NCBI GenBank assembly: GCA_964518475.1 | Contig: CAZFGR010000004.1 | Location: 1 to 64,000 of the forward strand | Reading direction: 5' to 3' | Length of the DNA: 64,000 nt | Source: an uncultured Nitrososphaerota archaeon | GTDB lineage: Archaea > Asgardarchaeota > Njordarchaeia > Njordarchaeales > Njordarchaeaceae | Shown here: one piece after another, positions 18,822 through 28,056 of the stretch | Layout: the number at the start of each line of letters is the position of its first letter | Position numbering within the stretch: the stretch's first letter is position 1 | Position numbers and translations under genes: made by a program | The notes under the pieces: model-generated | Database searches by the model: none | What the model was told of the DNA's origin: nothing | The model's input: the letters and a program-made list of their open reading frames with translations, nothing else

Positions 18822-20030
18822 ATGAAACTCTCGGGAGATTGTGCTATGAACGACCGAACGAGGCTACTAGTGGTAGTGTCTCTCCTGCATCTAATTAATG
18901 ACGCGAATATATTGCTTATTCCAACTGTTCTTCCATTAATTTTGAGAGAGTTCCATTTATCCTATACTCAGGTAGGGATCTTATTAAGTTCCTCCATAGT
19001 GTTGACAATATTTCTTCAATCCCCCCTCGGGTATTTCTCAGATATTAAAGGGAGGAGGTATCTCCTATCTCTAGGATTCCTTATTCTTGGTCTAGGAGGT
19101 ATACTATCTTCATTAGCAGAAACTTTTACACAGCTATTGATTGCTCAGTTAATTATAGGATTAGGAGGTAGCTTCTATCATCCACTAAGCTATGCCTTAA
19201 CAGCAATATCTTATGAATCTGGGGGAAGAGGTAGATCTATAGGTATCCAGAGTAGTATGGGGGATATTGGTGTATTGTTAACATTTGCTGTAAACGGTTA
19301 TATAGCACCTAGACTCGGTTGGAGAACGCCTCTCCTCCTATTTGGTCTAGTAGCCATTGGAGGAAGCATTCTTCCGCTGTTAGTAAAGGAAGAAAGTCCT
19401 GTAGATAAGAATATAGCTTCGGAAAAAATGAATTCGCAAAATATTGTTTCGTTGATACCGATCTTGGGAATCCAATTCTTCCTTGTAGCAGCTTACAGAG
19501 TAGTATACGGGTATACCTCTCTCATTCTCATCGAAAAAGGACTTGAATTATTACTTGCTAATTTAGTAATTGCGTTACTGACATTGTCTGGTATAGTAGG
19601 TAGTATTGCCATCGGGACTTTAGTAGATAGTTATGATGCGAGAGCGCTGATTAGTATGCTCGCACTGATAGGTATTTTAGTGGTGCAGATTCTGATTCAT
19701 AGTAGTGCGTTACTGTTAGCAATAGTAAGTGTAATAAGTCTTGGATTCGTGATTTATGGGTTTTATCCATGCACATATTCATTACTAGCAGATAACGTAT
19801 CGAAGAATGTCCTTGGGTTAGCCTACGGTATTATGCTTTCAATAGGATTAGTTGGGGGAATCCTAGGCACAATCCTTGGAGGGGTTTTAGGGGATCTGTA
19901 CGGCCTAGTATTAGTTCCGTATTTAGTAGTATTGTTTTTTATAGCTATCCTCTATCTATCGCTCATAAGTAAGAATATTGATATAAGAAAGAGCGTGGAG
20001 AACAGTACAAATGATTTAAATACTTTGTGA
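18822..20030 (+). CDS. MFS transporter
   Basis: 12 TM helices, motif A GYFSDIKGRR, GGSFYHP. Confidence 0.9.
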   Translation: MKLSGDCAMNDRTRLLVVVSLLHLINDANILLIPTVLPLILREFHLSYTQVGILLSSSIVLTIFLQSPLGYFSDIKGRRYLLSLGFLILGLGGILSSLAETFTQLLIAQLIIGLGGSFYHPLSYALTAISYESGGRGRSIGIQSSMGDIGVLLTFAVNGYIAPRLGWRTPLLLFGLVAIGGSILPLLVKEESPVDKNIASEKMNSQNIVSLIPILGIQFFLVAAYRVVYGYTSLILIEKGLELLLANLVIALLTLSGIVGSIAIGTLVDSYDARALISMLALIGILVVQILIHSSALLLAIVSVISLGFVIYGFYPCTYSLLADNVSKNVLGLAYGIMLSIGLVGGILGTILGGVLGDLYGLVLVPYLVVLFFIAILYLSLISKNIDIRKSVENSTNDLNTL

Positions 20031-20066
20031 GAGGAAAACTTTATCTGTTCTTTACGAGGGTAGCTC

Positions 20067-20813
20067 ATGACGATACTAGGGATACTACTAATAGATTCCA
20101 AGGGCAACACCCTTTATAAAAAGGTTCTTGACATAAAATTCCGCGAAGTTCCTATAGAGCCCTTGGTGGCGGCGATTAGAGGTATAGGTATGGAGATGGG
20201 AGGAAAAGAAATTGTGAAAACGTATTTTGAGAAGGCCGTGATATTCTTTATTCCTGGGGCAATAATTAGAGATTTGTTTCTCGTTCTCATACTTGATAAT
20301 GTTGAAAGAGTTGATGTTCTTAGAGGAGTGTATATTCTAAACAAAATAGAGAAACTATTGAGAATAGTCGAGGGAAAAGATCTGAGAGAGAAGATCGAGA
20401 ACATAAAGGTCAGTATCGATAAGATAATTAGTCAAGCGCTAAGGATACCAGATTATCTAACAGCTTCAATCACTAGGCTTCTTGAGAAACTGGGACCAAT
20501 GGTACCCGAGATTGCCATGGAGGTATTAAGGAGACGACTAGGAGAAGATCCTATTCTGGCCGCTATTTTATGGCCAAATGAGTTCTTGAAAAAGTTGTTG
20601 GAAATGTTTGGGTGGGATAGTGCAGAATTACTCATTACTTCCCTCTATTTAGAAATTACAACGCTTTATCCGAGGATACCGCAAACTTCTCTAAAAGACT
20701 ATTCATTAAAGGTGAAACAATTAACTAAGCAATTATTATTGGGTGATAGAAAGGCTATAATAGCTTGGAGAAAACTCTTAGAAATTATTGCAGAACATTT
20801 TATTAAACAATAA
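20067..20813 (+). CDS. Hypothetical: N-terminal longin-like domain plus C-terminal DUF3227/NitrOD5-like helical domain
   Basis: N-terminus ILGILLIDSKGNTLY...LVAAIRGIGMEMGGKEI..YFE...FF...DLFLVLILD; C-terminus WPNEFLKKLLEMFGWDSAELLI. Confidence 0.55.
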   Translation: MTILGILLIDSKGNTLYKKVLDIKFREVPIEPLVAAIRGIGMEMGGKEIVKTYFEKAVIFFIPGAIIRDLFLVLILDNVERVDVLRGVYILNKIEKLLRIVEGKDLREKIENIKVSIDKIISQALRIPDYLTASITRLLEKLGPMVPEIAMEVLRRRLGEDPILAAILWPNEFLKKLLEMFGWDSAELLITSLYLEITTLYPRIPQTSLKDYSLKVKQLTKQLLLGDRKAIIAWRKLLEIIAEHFIKQ

Positions 20814-20945
20814 GCAGTTAAAAATTAAACAAGTAGAACTATTGTAGACTTTGTAGGCAAATGGCAGAAAAACAAATAAATTAGATGTATATTCTTCCAG
20901 ATAGGTGGTATGCTCTTATTAACTATATTACGGGGCTGACATAAT

Positions 20946-22316
20946 ATGCTCGAGCGGGTCTATACGGGAATAGAGGGACTCGACTGTGCTCTCGGTGGAG
21001 GTTTTGTGAGAGGTTCACTGATCCTAGTTGAGGGGAATCCCGGAACCGGAAAAACAATACTAGGAGCTACTTTCTTGTATAATGGGATAGTCAAGTATGG
21101 AGAGAACGGAATCTATCTAAATTTTATTGAAAGAAAAAGGGATTTTTATGCTCGTATGAGGTCTCTAGGCATGAATTTTGAACCACTGGAGAAGGAAGGG
21201 AAGTTCGAGTATATTGAGGGACTGTATTCTCTCGATATCCGCGGCCTAGAGAACATATTTAAGCTATTAGTCGAGAAAATATTTGCCATTAATGCAAAGA
21301 GACTCGTAATAGATTCTGTCTCAGCAGTTATTTATGGTCTGAAAGAACGTGAAATCCGGGCCTTTCTCAGTAATACTATAAGCAGGATCCTTAGAAGCAC
21401 TGGAGTAACAACGATGCTGATTAGTGACCTACCTTACGGGAAAAATGTGATAGAGAATGAGGTGGGTGAATTCATCGCTGATACCGTTATTATGATGAAG
21501 CAAAGGATCAGACCAGATAGAATAACAAATGTTATGGAGGTTCGGAAGAGTAGGGGGAAGACGGTAAAGCCTTACGTGTTGCCTTATATAATAACTGGAA
21601 GGGGATTCTATGTCGTCTCTCCACTATCAACAAGACTATACGGACGCTATAGTAAGGAAATTTTAGAAACTGGTATCTCAGCACTGGATAATCGTCTTAG
21701 CGGAGGATTACTAAAAGGTTCCACAACATTAATAGTGGGTCCTTCAGGTACTGGAAAGACCCTTCTAGCATTAACTATTGCTGTTAATAACATTAGAAAA
21801 GGAAAAAGGGTTATCATTACTACTTTTAAGGAACCCGACGAGATTCTTAAAGAATACTTGATTAGACTTGGTGTAGACGAGAGTGAACTTGATAAAAAAG
21901 TTAGGATTCTGAGCCTAAATCCCTTTGGATCGTCTGAGTACGAGATCCTCTATATTGCTCGACGTGCTGTCGAGGAATTTAAGCCAGATATATACATTCT
22001 TGACGGGTTAGAGATTTTTGAAGCAGCATTAGGGAAGGAAGAAGCCTTTAATTACACTTACAGAAGAATTCAAGAACTCAAATCAGCTGGATTAACAATA
22101 ATACTCGTTAAATGGAGTCCAAATCCTAAGCAAGGAGACAATTTATACCCCTTGATGGATAATATCCTAATAACAGATATCATGTGGGAGAAAACCAGAT
22201 ATAGGAAGCTCTTATGGATCGTGAAGTCTAGATCTGAGGGAGGGGAAATTCTCAGCACGCCTTTAATGATTAAGGAAACAAGCCGAAGCTTGCTTCTCAG
22301 TGAAGCGGAAGAATAA
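20946..22316 (+). CDS. KaiC/RAD55-like RecA-superfamily ATPase, two domains
   Basis: TGIEGLD..LGGG and TGISALD..LSGG; Walker A GNPGTGKT and GPSGTGKT; Walker B LVIDS and YILDG; KSRG/KSRS Arg fingers. Confidence 0.92.
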   Translation: MLERVYTGIEGLDCALGGGFVRGSLILVEGNPGTGKTILGATFLYNGIVKYGENGIYLNFIERKRDFYARMRSLGMNFEPLEKEGKFEYIEGLYSLDIRGLENIFKLLVEKIFAINAKRLVIDSVSAVIYGLKEREIRAFLSNTISRILRSTGVTTMLISDLPYGKNVIENEVGEFIADTVIMMKQRIRPDRITNVMEVRKSRGKTVKPYVLPYIITGRGFYVVSPLSTRLYGRYSKEILETGISALDNRLSGGLLKGSTTLIVGPSGTGKTLLALTIAVNNIRKGKRVIITTFKEPDEILKEYLIRLGVDESELDKKVRILSLNPFGSSEYEILYIARRAVEEFKPDIYILDGLEIFEAALGKEEAFNYTYRRIQELKSAGLTIILVKWSPNPKQGDNLYPLMDNILITDIMWEKTRYRKLLWIVKSRSEGGEILSTPLMIKETSRSLLLSEAEE

Positions 22317-22519
22317 GAGTTACTGGCTCGAAAAAGAACTTATGCTCAGTATTTAAACATTAAGCAGTTAGAAAATTTTTCAGCACAAATTTTTATCGAA
22401 AGAAGCACTTGCTAAGCCTATAGCTATTGGCTAATCGTGCTAATATTATTCAATAATTTAATATTATTTTAAGATTAAGAAGAGAGTACTAAAAGCGAGC
22501 AAGAATATTCCGCTAAGTT

Positions 22520-23491
22520 TCATACATTTAAGGTTTGGAAAATAACAGCGATAATGAGCGGAAAAATCAAGTTGTCGTCAATTCCTATTTTTGCGTTTAG
22601 GATATCTACAAACACTAGACCAGCTATGGCAATAATTGAAATGAGGATCGGGGTATGAGGAACTATCAGGAGTGTTATGAATGTTCCTAGAGCTCCCGCT
22701 AGTATGCCTTCCAAGGTCCTATCTTTGATAATTATTCTTTTTCCAGTAATTTTACCAAATATTGCTGCTAGAGCATCGTATACTAATGCAGCTATTATAC
22801 TCCTAGCAACTACTGATAAGGGGAATAAGGTAGCTATAAAGAATAGACTTGTGGCTGTATAGAAGTATGTTGCGAAATATCTCTTCTCATGGGGCCTCAG
22901 TAAAGTTTCTGGAAAGATATTAAGGTTGAAGTATATTCTGATCACTTCTAGTAGGAAGAAGTATATGAGTAAAGAACCAGTAATGATTATTATCATGTAC
23001 TTTATGAATGCTAAGTAGTTCAATGGGAGTCCTTTCCCGCTTAGAAGCTCCATTATAAGCGAAAAAGATATGTAGAGGGACCATAGAATTTGAGGAGGTA
23101 GCAATAACAACAAAGCTACGCTATGGAAGGATTTCCTGGCTATTTCCCAGTAACCATTTCGCAAGAAGACTTGATGTATTGGTAAACTATTCTTAACATC
23201 CTTCAGAAAGCGATCAAATAATACCTTGAGAAGAATGATTATGAATGTTATAGAAGAAGTTAGGAGTGCGAAGAGAAACATTACAGCAGAATCAAGATAA
23301 CTATAATACATCGAAAAAAGGAATGCTCCCCTGTATGTGAAGAGACTAGCAATAGCCGCAGATAATCTAGCGCTAAGCTCCCTTTTCTTAGAGATACTGT
23401 TCAACAAAAGCGTCGTGGCTATAATCAACAGTATCAGCGAGAAAACACTTAGCAAATCACTCAACTCTCTCGGTGCATTAGTATTGATCAT
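22520..23491 (-). CDS. CTP-dependent isoprenoid-alcohol kinase (dolichol/phytol kinase-like)
   Basis: EIARKSFH, LRPHE, DALAAIFGK, RTLEG, DDNL motifs; multi-TM. Confidence 0.75.
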   Translation of the reverse strand: MINTNAPRELSDLLSVFSLILLIIATTLLLNSISKKRELSARLSAAIASLFTYRGAFLFSMYYSYLDSAVMFLFALLTSSITFIIILLKVLFDRFLKDVKNSLPIHQVFLRNGYWEIARKSFHSVALLLLLPPQILWSLYISFSLIMELLSGKGLPLNYLAFIKYMIIIITGSLLIYFFLLEVIRIYFNLNIFPETLLRPHEKRYFATYFYTATSLFFIATLFPLSVVARSIIAALVYDALAAIFGKITGKRIIIKDRTLEGILAGALGTFITLLIVPHTPILISIIAIAGLVFVDILNAKIGIDDNLIFPLIIAVIFQTLNV

Positions 23492-23584
23492 TCATACATA
23501 CAATAGTTACGGGATCTACAATGAATCATACATTCTTTTACTTCTCAAGCTTATGAAGATTTTTAAATCATAACTATTGGTTCC

Positions 23585-23770
23585 TCAACTCTTAGTCTTG
23601 GATCGATGTTTTCTTGAAGCTTTATAGTGTTCCGCACAATGTACACAACAAAATGTAAGCACTTCTCCATCAACTTCTTCACTGTAGTCTTCCCCAACTA
23701 TTTTGATACCACAATTAGCACATACTTTTATCTGGGGCGTTATAGCGACTTGAATAAGATTAGAAAACAT
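23585..23770 (-). pseudogene. TRASH metal-binding domain, probably the 3' remnant of a CopR/CopT-type regulator or a small Cu chaperone
   Basis: CANCG-x18-FCCVHC TRASH signature; the nominal N-terminus is the antisense of a copA remnant. Confidence 0.6.
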
Positions 23771-23963
23771 TTTCTGGGCATTTATCTACAATATAGTCCT
23801 AATCCCGATAGCTGCGGGTGTACTCTATCCCGCACTTGGAATAATCCTGAAACCAGAACTAGCAGGGCTAGCAATGGCGATAAGCTCAATTTCGGTAATA
23901 ACCAATGCTATTCTTCTCAAAAAGTGGAGACCCAAAGTATATGAACGGATACTGAAGTCTTAG
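23745..23963 (+). pseudogene. copA: 3' fragment of Cu(I) P1B-type ATPase
   Basis: Reads [63 protein letters not shown]...*, containing the YN and MxxSS motifs of the last two CopA TM helices; no start codon or rest of the gene. Confidence 0.85.
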
Positions 23964-24040
23964 GTGATAGATCCGTTTTAGTAGCTTTTAAATTTTTCTT
24001 GGGGCAGAGAAATTTCTGAAGCTGTTTCTATCACTCATAA

Positions 24041-24087
24041 ATGGGGAAATAGTTATATTCTTTCCCATAATATATTATCTAATGGGA
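24041..24087. promoter_or_regulatory. Candidate autoregulatory operator of vapBC-1 (three alternating ATGGG/CCCAT boxes)
   Basis: ATGGG (24041), TCCCAT (24063), ATGGGA (24082), separated by TATA-like spacers. Confidence 0.45.
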
Positions 24088-24111
24088 TGAATTACATTCG
24101 TGTGAAGAACT

Positions 24112-24360
24112 ATGGCTGAGATTACTACTCTCGATGATAGAGGGCGAGTTTTGATAGGGAAAAATTTGAGGAGGAAATATGGACTTAAAGAGAAGTCTAT
24201 TGTTGTTCTCATACCGTTGAGGGAGGGAATCTTGATTAAGCCTATTAAGGATCCATTAAAAAGACTTTCGGAGATTCTACGGGGTATTACGTGGGATAGA
24301 AGAGTTCGTAAGAGGGTTGAGGAATGGGTTCTTCGACAAGTCGGCGAGAAAGAATCTTAG
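24112..24360 (+). CDS. vapB: AbrB/MazE/SpoVT-family antitoxin
   Basis: TTLDDRGRVLIGKNLRRKYGL swapped-hairpin motif; overlaps a PIN gene. Confidence 0.88.
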   Translation: MAEITTLDDRGRVLIGKNLRRKYGLKEKSIVVLIPLREGILIKPIKDPLKRLSEILRGITWDRRVRKRVEEWVLRQVGEKES

Positions 24361-24773
24361 TAGAAACGGATTTTTTATTCGGTATAAATCCCCTAGATAA
24401 ACTTCACGACTATGTTATTAATATAGTAAGACTCAGTAAGAATGGTGCTATAGACTGCTTTATTCCGACATCAGCATTGATGGAGTTTAGAGCAGTACTC
24501 TATTCGCGAGGTAAGGAGCCTAGTGAGGTTCTAGAAGCGCTCAGCATAGTAAGGGAGTTCCTGAGATCTAGCAATATAGGGGAAATACCGCTAAAAAGTG
24601 AACACATAATTAGTGGGGAAACTCTGAGAATGAGGTATCGTGAACTCACGTATTTTGATGCAATTCATGCGGGTGTAGCATTAATCGAAAACATGACTAT
24701 AGTGAGTTATGATGAGATATACTCAAGATTAGAGGAGATAAAATGGAGAAAAATAACAGAGTTCCAAAAATAA
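24324..24773 (+). CDS. vapC: PIN-domain toxin
   Basis: ILVETDFL, E in SALMEF, TYFDAIHAG, IVSYDE. Confidence 0.88.
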   Translation: MGSSTSRRERILVETDFLFGINPLDKLHDYVINIVRLSKNGAIDCFIPTSALMEFRAVLYSRGKEPSEVLEALSIVREFLRSSNIGEIPLKSEHIISGETLRMRYRELTYFDAIHAGVALIENMTIVSYDEIYSRLEEIKWRKITEFQK

Positions 24774-24870
24774 TTTCAAAGCGGAATGGGACTAGTAATG
24801 TAAAGCGGTCACTATCAAGTACCTTCGACTCCTTTCTGCTGAGATACACTATACAAATTCTGTAACAAGC

Positions 24871-25338
24871 TTATGGGATGATATCTGGTCTTAGTATCCA
24901 TATTATGCGCCAGTTCTGATCCTCACTTTTCTCTAGACATACGATATTAGAGTATCTGAATTTCACAATCTCTAAATCATCTCTCCCCGTGACTAGTAGG
25001 GATAATAGCTTGCTTAGGTGAGGTAAGTGACCAACTATCATTATGTTCTCGCTTATATTCTTTATTTTCTCTGCCCATATCTTGGGATCCGCTAATGGTT
25101 CTAGATCTTTCTCCTCCCTAACTTCTTTAGGGTTTAAGTACTTAGCGAGAATCTCAGCTGTTTGTTTAGCTCTTGTCTTCGTGCTGTGTATTATCTTGTC
25201 TATTGTTATCTTGATATGCGTGCTGAAATATTTTGCTATCTTCTCAGTCTCTTCAGCACCTTTCTCAGTGATCCTTCTCTCAGGATCCTCCTCTTTCTTC
25301 TTAGCCTCCGCATGTTGTACAAGAAATACATAGGGCAT
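24871..25338 (-). CDS. sixA: Phosphohistidine phosphatase SixA-like
   Basis: LVQHAEA (RHG-type catalytic His), HSTKTRAKQTA, IVGHLPHL; ATG 25338 follows an AGGGAGG RBS and avoids overlap with nagA. Confidence 0.85.
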   Translation of the reverse strand: MPYVFLVQHAEAKKKEEDPERRITEKGAEETEKIAKYFSTHIKITIDKIIHSTKTRAKQTAEILAKYLNPKEVREEKDLEPLADPKIWAEKIKNISENIMIVGHLPHLSKLLSLLVTGRDDLEIVKFRYSNIVCLEKSEDQNWRIIWILRPDIIP

Positions 25339-25439
25339 AGACCCTCCCTGACCCTCAATTTTTATCTCAAGAATCAAATATTCGACGATAATGCTATATG
25401 TATTTTTGAGAAGCGTTTTATTTTGAATATTTTTGCACC

Positions 25440-26621
25440 TTGGTGTTGACAATGAAATACAAGTTGATAATTAATGCAAGTGAGATAATTACACCATTTA
25501 GTCGCTTGTATGATTTCTCTATAGCTATTGATCACAGCGATAAGATAGCTCAAATAGCTCCCCAGGGATCCATACATGAAACTGCTGATAAAATCCTAGA
25601 GTATCCTGAGGGTATACTAGTCCCGGGATTCATAGATATTCATATCCATGGGGCTGCTGGAGCTGATACAATGGATGCATCGGTTGATTCCCTAGAAAAA
25701 ATCTCTAGATTTCTGGCAAGTAAAGGAGTAACAGGTTTTTACCCAACAACAGTTACTGCTCCGATTGAGAGAATAAAAGCGGCGATAAGAGCTACTGTAG
25801 AGGCTATTAGGAAGGGTGTGGGTGGAGCAAGCATATTAGGTATTCATCTAGAGGGTCCATATTTCAGTAAGGAAAAAGCTGGTGCCCAAGATATCAGATA
25901 TTTAAGAGAGCCTAGTGTTGAGGAGGTTAAGGAACTGCTTGAAGTTAGTGAAGGGTATATAAAAAGAGTAACATTGGCACCAGAACTTCCAGGGGCCATT
26001 GAAACAATAAAGTTCTTAAGGAGTAAGGGGATAGTGGTAGCTCTAGGCCATACTAATGCTACCTATGATGAAGCCATAAAAGCTATTGATGCTGGCGCTA
26101 AACTAGCTAACCACATCTATAATGGTATGCGAAGCTTCTATCATCGTGACCCTGGAGTCCTAGGTGCCGTTCTCACAAGAGATGATGTCTTTGTTGAAAT
26201 GATTGTTGATGAAGTTCATCACCATTACGCTGCGAGAGACATCGTGATTCGGTGTAAGGGAGTTGATAAGGTGGCATTGATATCCGATGCCATTATGGCG
26301 ACTGGACTAGCGGATGGAGAATACATGTTAGGGGAACAGAAGATAATAGTAAAGAATGGGATATCTCGATTACCCGACGGTACAATCGCTGGGAGCACAT
26401 TAACACTAGACAAAGCTATTAAAAATGTCGTGAGGAATTTAAGAGTGTCCCTACCAGATGCCGTGAAGATGGCTTCCTACGTTCCCGCTAAGATAATGCA
26501 GATAGATCATCAGAAAGGGAGTATAGAAATAGGAAAAGACGCTGATTTAGTCATCCTTAACAAAGATCTTGATGTCATCCTAACAATTGTTGAGGGCTCA
26601 ATAGTTTATCAAAAACAATAA
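25440..26621 (+). CDS. nagA: N-acetylglucosamine-6-phosphate deacetylase (likely start ATG 25452)
   Basis: PGFIDIHIHG, HLEGPY, GHTNA, HIYNGM, ISDA, IAGSTL, GKDADLV. Confidence 0.93.
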   Translation: MVLTMKYKLIINASEIITPFSRLYDFSIAIDHSDKIAQIAPQGSIHETADKILEYPEGILVPGFIDIHIHGAAGADTMDASVDSLEKISRFLASKGVTGFYPTTVTAPIERIKAAIRATVEAIRKGVGGASILGIHLEGPYFSKEKAGAQDIRYLREPSVEEVKELLEVSEGYIKRVTLAPELPGAIETIKFLRSKGIVVALGHTNATYDEAIKAIDAGAKLANHIYNGMRSFYHRDPGVLGAVLTRDDVFVEMIVDEVHHHYAARDIVIRCKGVDKVALISDAIMATGLADGEYMLGEQKIIVKNGISRLPDGTIAGSTLTLDKAIKNVVRNLRVSLPDAVKMASYVPAKIMQIDHQKGSIEIGKDADLVILNKDLDVILTIVEGSIVYQKQ

Positions 26622-26739
26622 TTATTTCCCGCTACCAAAGTATTATGCCCTAAGATCGGTCATCGTTGATAGAAACTTTAAACTTTTTAATGTCGTACCA
26701 TAATTTAATTCAAATATTTTTCTGAAATATTCACAACTG

Positions 26740-28056
26740 GTGTTATTAGTGCTGATCGGTTTTTCGGAAGAGAATATTACTCCTAAGCCTGGTTATCCGT
26801 TAGGAGGATATATTGAGCGATTCTTGGCCAAGCAAAGAGCTAAGGGAACACTAAACGACATTTATGCAAGAGCAATGTATATCAGTGATGGGAGTGAAGA
26901 AGCCTTAATAATCTCGGCAGAAGTCCTTGCATTCGATAATTTGTTCATAACTACTACGAGAAGAGTTATCCACGAAGCTACTGGAATCCCGAAAGAACAC
27001 ATAATGCTCTCAGCCACACATACTCATAGTGCTCCAGCGACTATAGCAGAAATGATACTCTTCAAATCATTCTTAACTCCCGAGGATTTAAAACTAACCC
27101 AGGAATATAACGAGTTCCTAATTACTAAACTCTTAGAGGCGTCTAAAAAAGCAAAAGATAATGCGACCCAGTCCGAGCTTCTTTTAGGCAAAGGAAGGGT
27201 GAAGAACTTATGCACGAATAGAATAGATCCTAATCTAGAAAAAGACGACGAAATCGTGATATTAACTGATTCTGAAAGAAGAGGTAGTATAATATCATTC
27301 ACTTGCCACCCCACAGTTCTTGGGGCTGATAATCTATTGTATAGCGGTGATTTTCTCTCCTATACGAGTCAGGTAATAAAGAGCTGTACATCAGATGCTT
27401 TCGTTCCAGTATACTTAAACGGAGCAGCAGGCGATCAGAGTACCCGTTTCGTCCGTAAGAATCAAAGTGTTGAGGAAGCTAAGAGACTAGGAGAGATTCT
27501 CGGGAAAGAGGTCTGTGCGGTTCTTAATAATCTAGTCCCGATAGAGGGCAAAAGCATTAGAATAAAATGTCTAACAGCAGAGGTTAAAGTGAGAAATCTT
27601 GAAGAAGAAAGATTTAGAGAGCGTATCGAAAAACGTATTAAGGAATTAGAGGAATTGATGAAGAAGGCCTCTTCTGAAGGTGAGAGAAGGAAGATCTCTC
27701 AGGACTTGTTTACAGCACAACTTATCCTCGGATACTATGAAGAGTTTGCAAATTTCCTGAAAACCTTTGGTGAAAAGATAAGGATTGGGATCGATATTTT
27801 GTTCATCGGGGAAAACGTAGCCATAGTATTTATCCCATTAGAACTTTTCTGCAGATACGGCTTAGAGATTAAGAGAAAATCTGGTGTGGAAACAACGATA
27901 GTGGCTTGCTATTCAAACGGATACTACGGATACCTCCCTACAGAAACAATTTATGAACACTTAGATTACGAGGCACTCATGTGCGTGCTTTCGCTAAGCT
28001 CGAGCGAAGCCTTGCTAAAAATGATACTATCTGAGCTTTCTGGTGGAGTAGGATGA
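26740..28056 (+). CDS. Neutral/alkaline ceramidase-N-like metalloamidohydrolase
   Basis: ITP..G.PLGGY, SATHTHSAP, CHPTVL, GAAGDQS, NGYYGYLP. Confidence 0.8.
   Translation: MLLVLIGFSEENITPKPGYPLGGYIERFLAKQRAKGTLNDIYARAMYISDGSEEALIISAEVLAFDNLFITTTRRVIHEATGIPKEHIMLSATHTHSAPATIAEMILFKSFLTPEDLKLTQEYNEFLITKLLEASKKAKDNATQSELLLGKGRVKNLCTNRIDPNLEKDDEIVILTDSERRGSIISFTCHPTVLGADNLLYSGDFLSYTSQVIKSCTSDAFVPVYLNGAAGDQSTRFVRKNQSVEEAKRLGEILGKEVCAVLNNLVPIEGKSIRIKCLTAEVKVRNLEEERFRERIEKRIKELEELMKKASSEGERRKISQDLFTAQLILGYYEEFANFLKTFGEKIRIGIDILFIGENVAIVFIPLELFCRYGLEIKRKSGVETTIVACYSNGYYGYLPTETIYEHLDYEALMCVLSLSSSEALLKMILSELSGGVG

Noticed and set aside
23627-23944. 105-aa plus-strand ORF
   Set aside because: Wrong frame; the copA remnant in another frame and the antisense TRASH domain explain the region.
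25339-25452. N-terminal extension of sixA in the ORF track
   Set aside because: Overlaps the nagA start and promoter; a better ATG with an RBS is at 25338.
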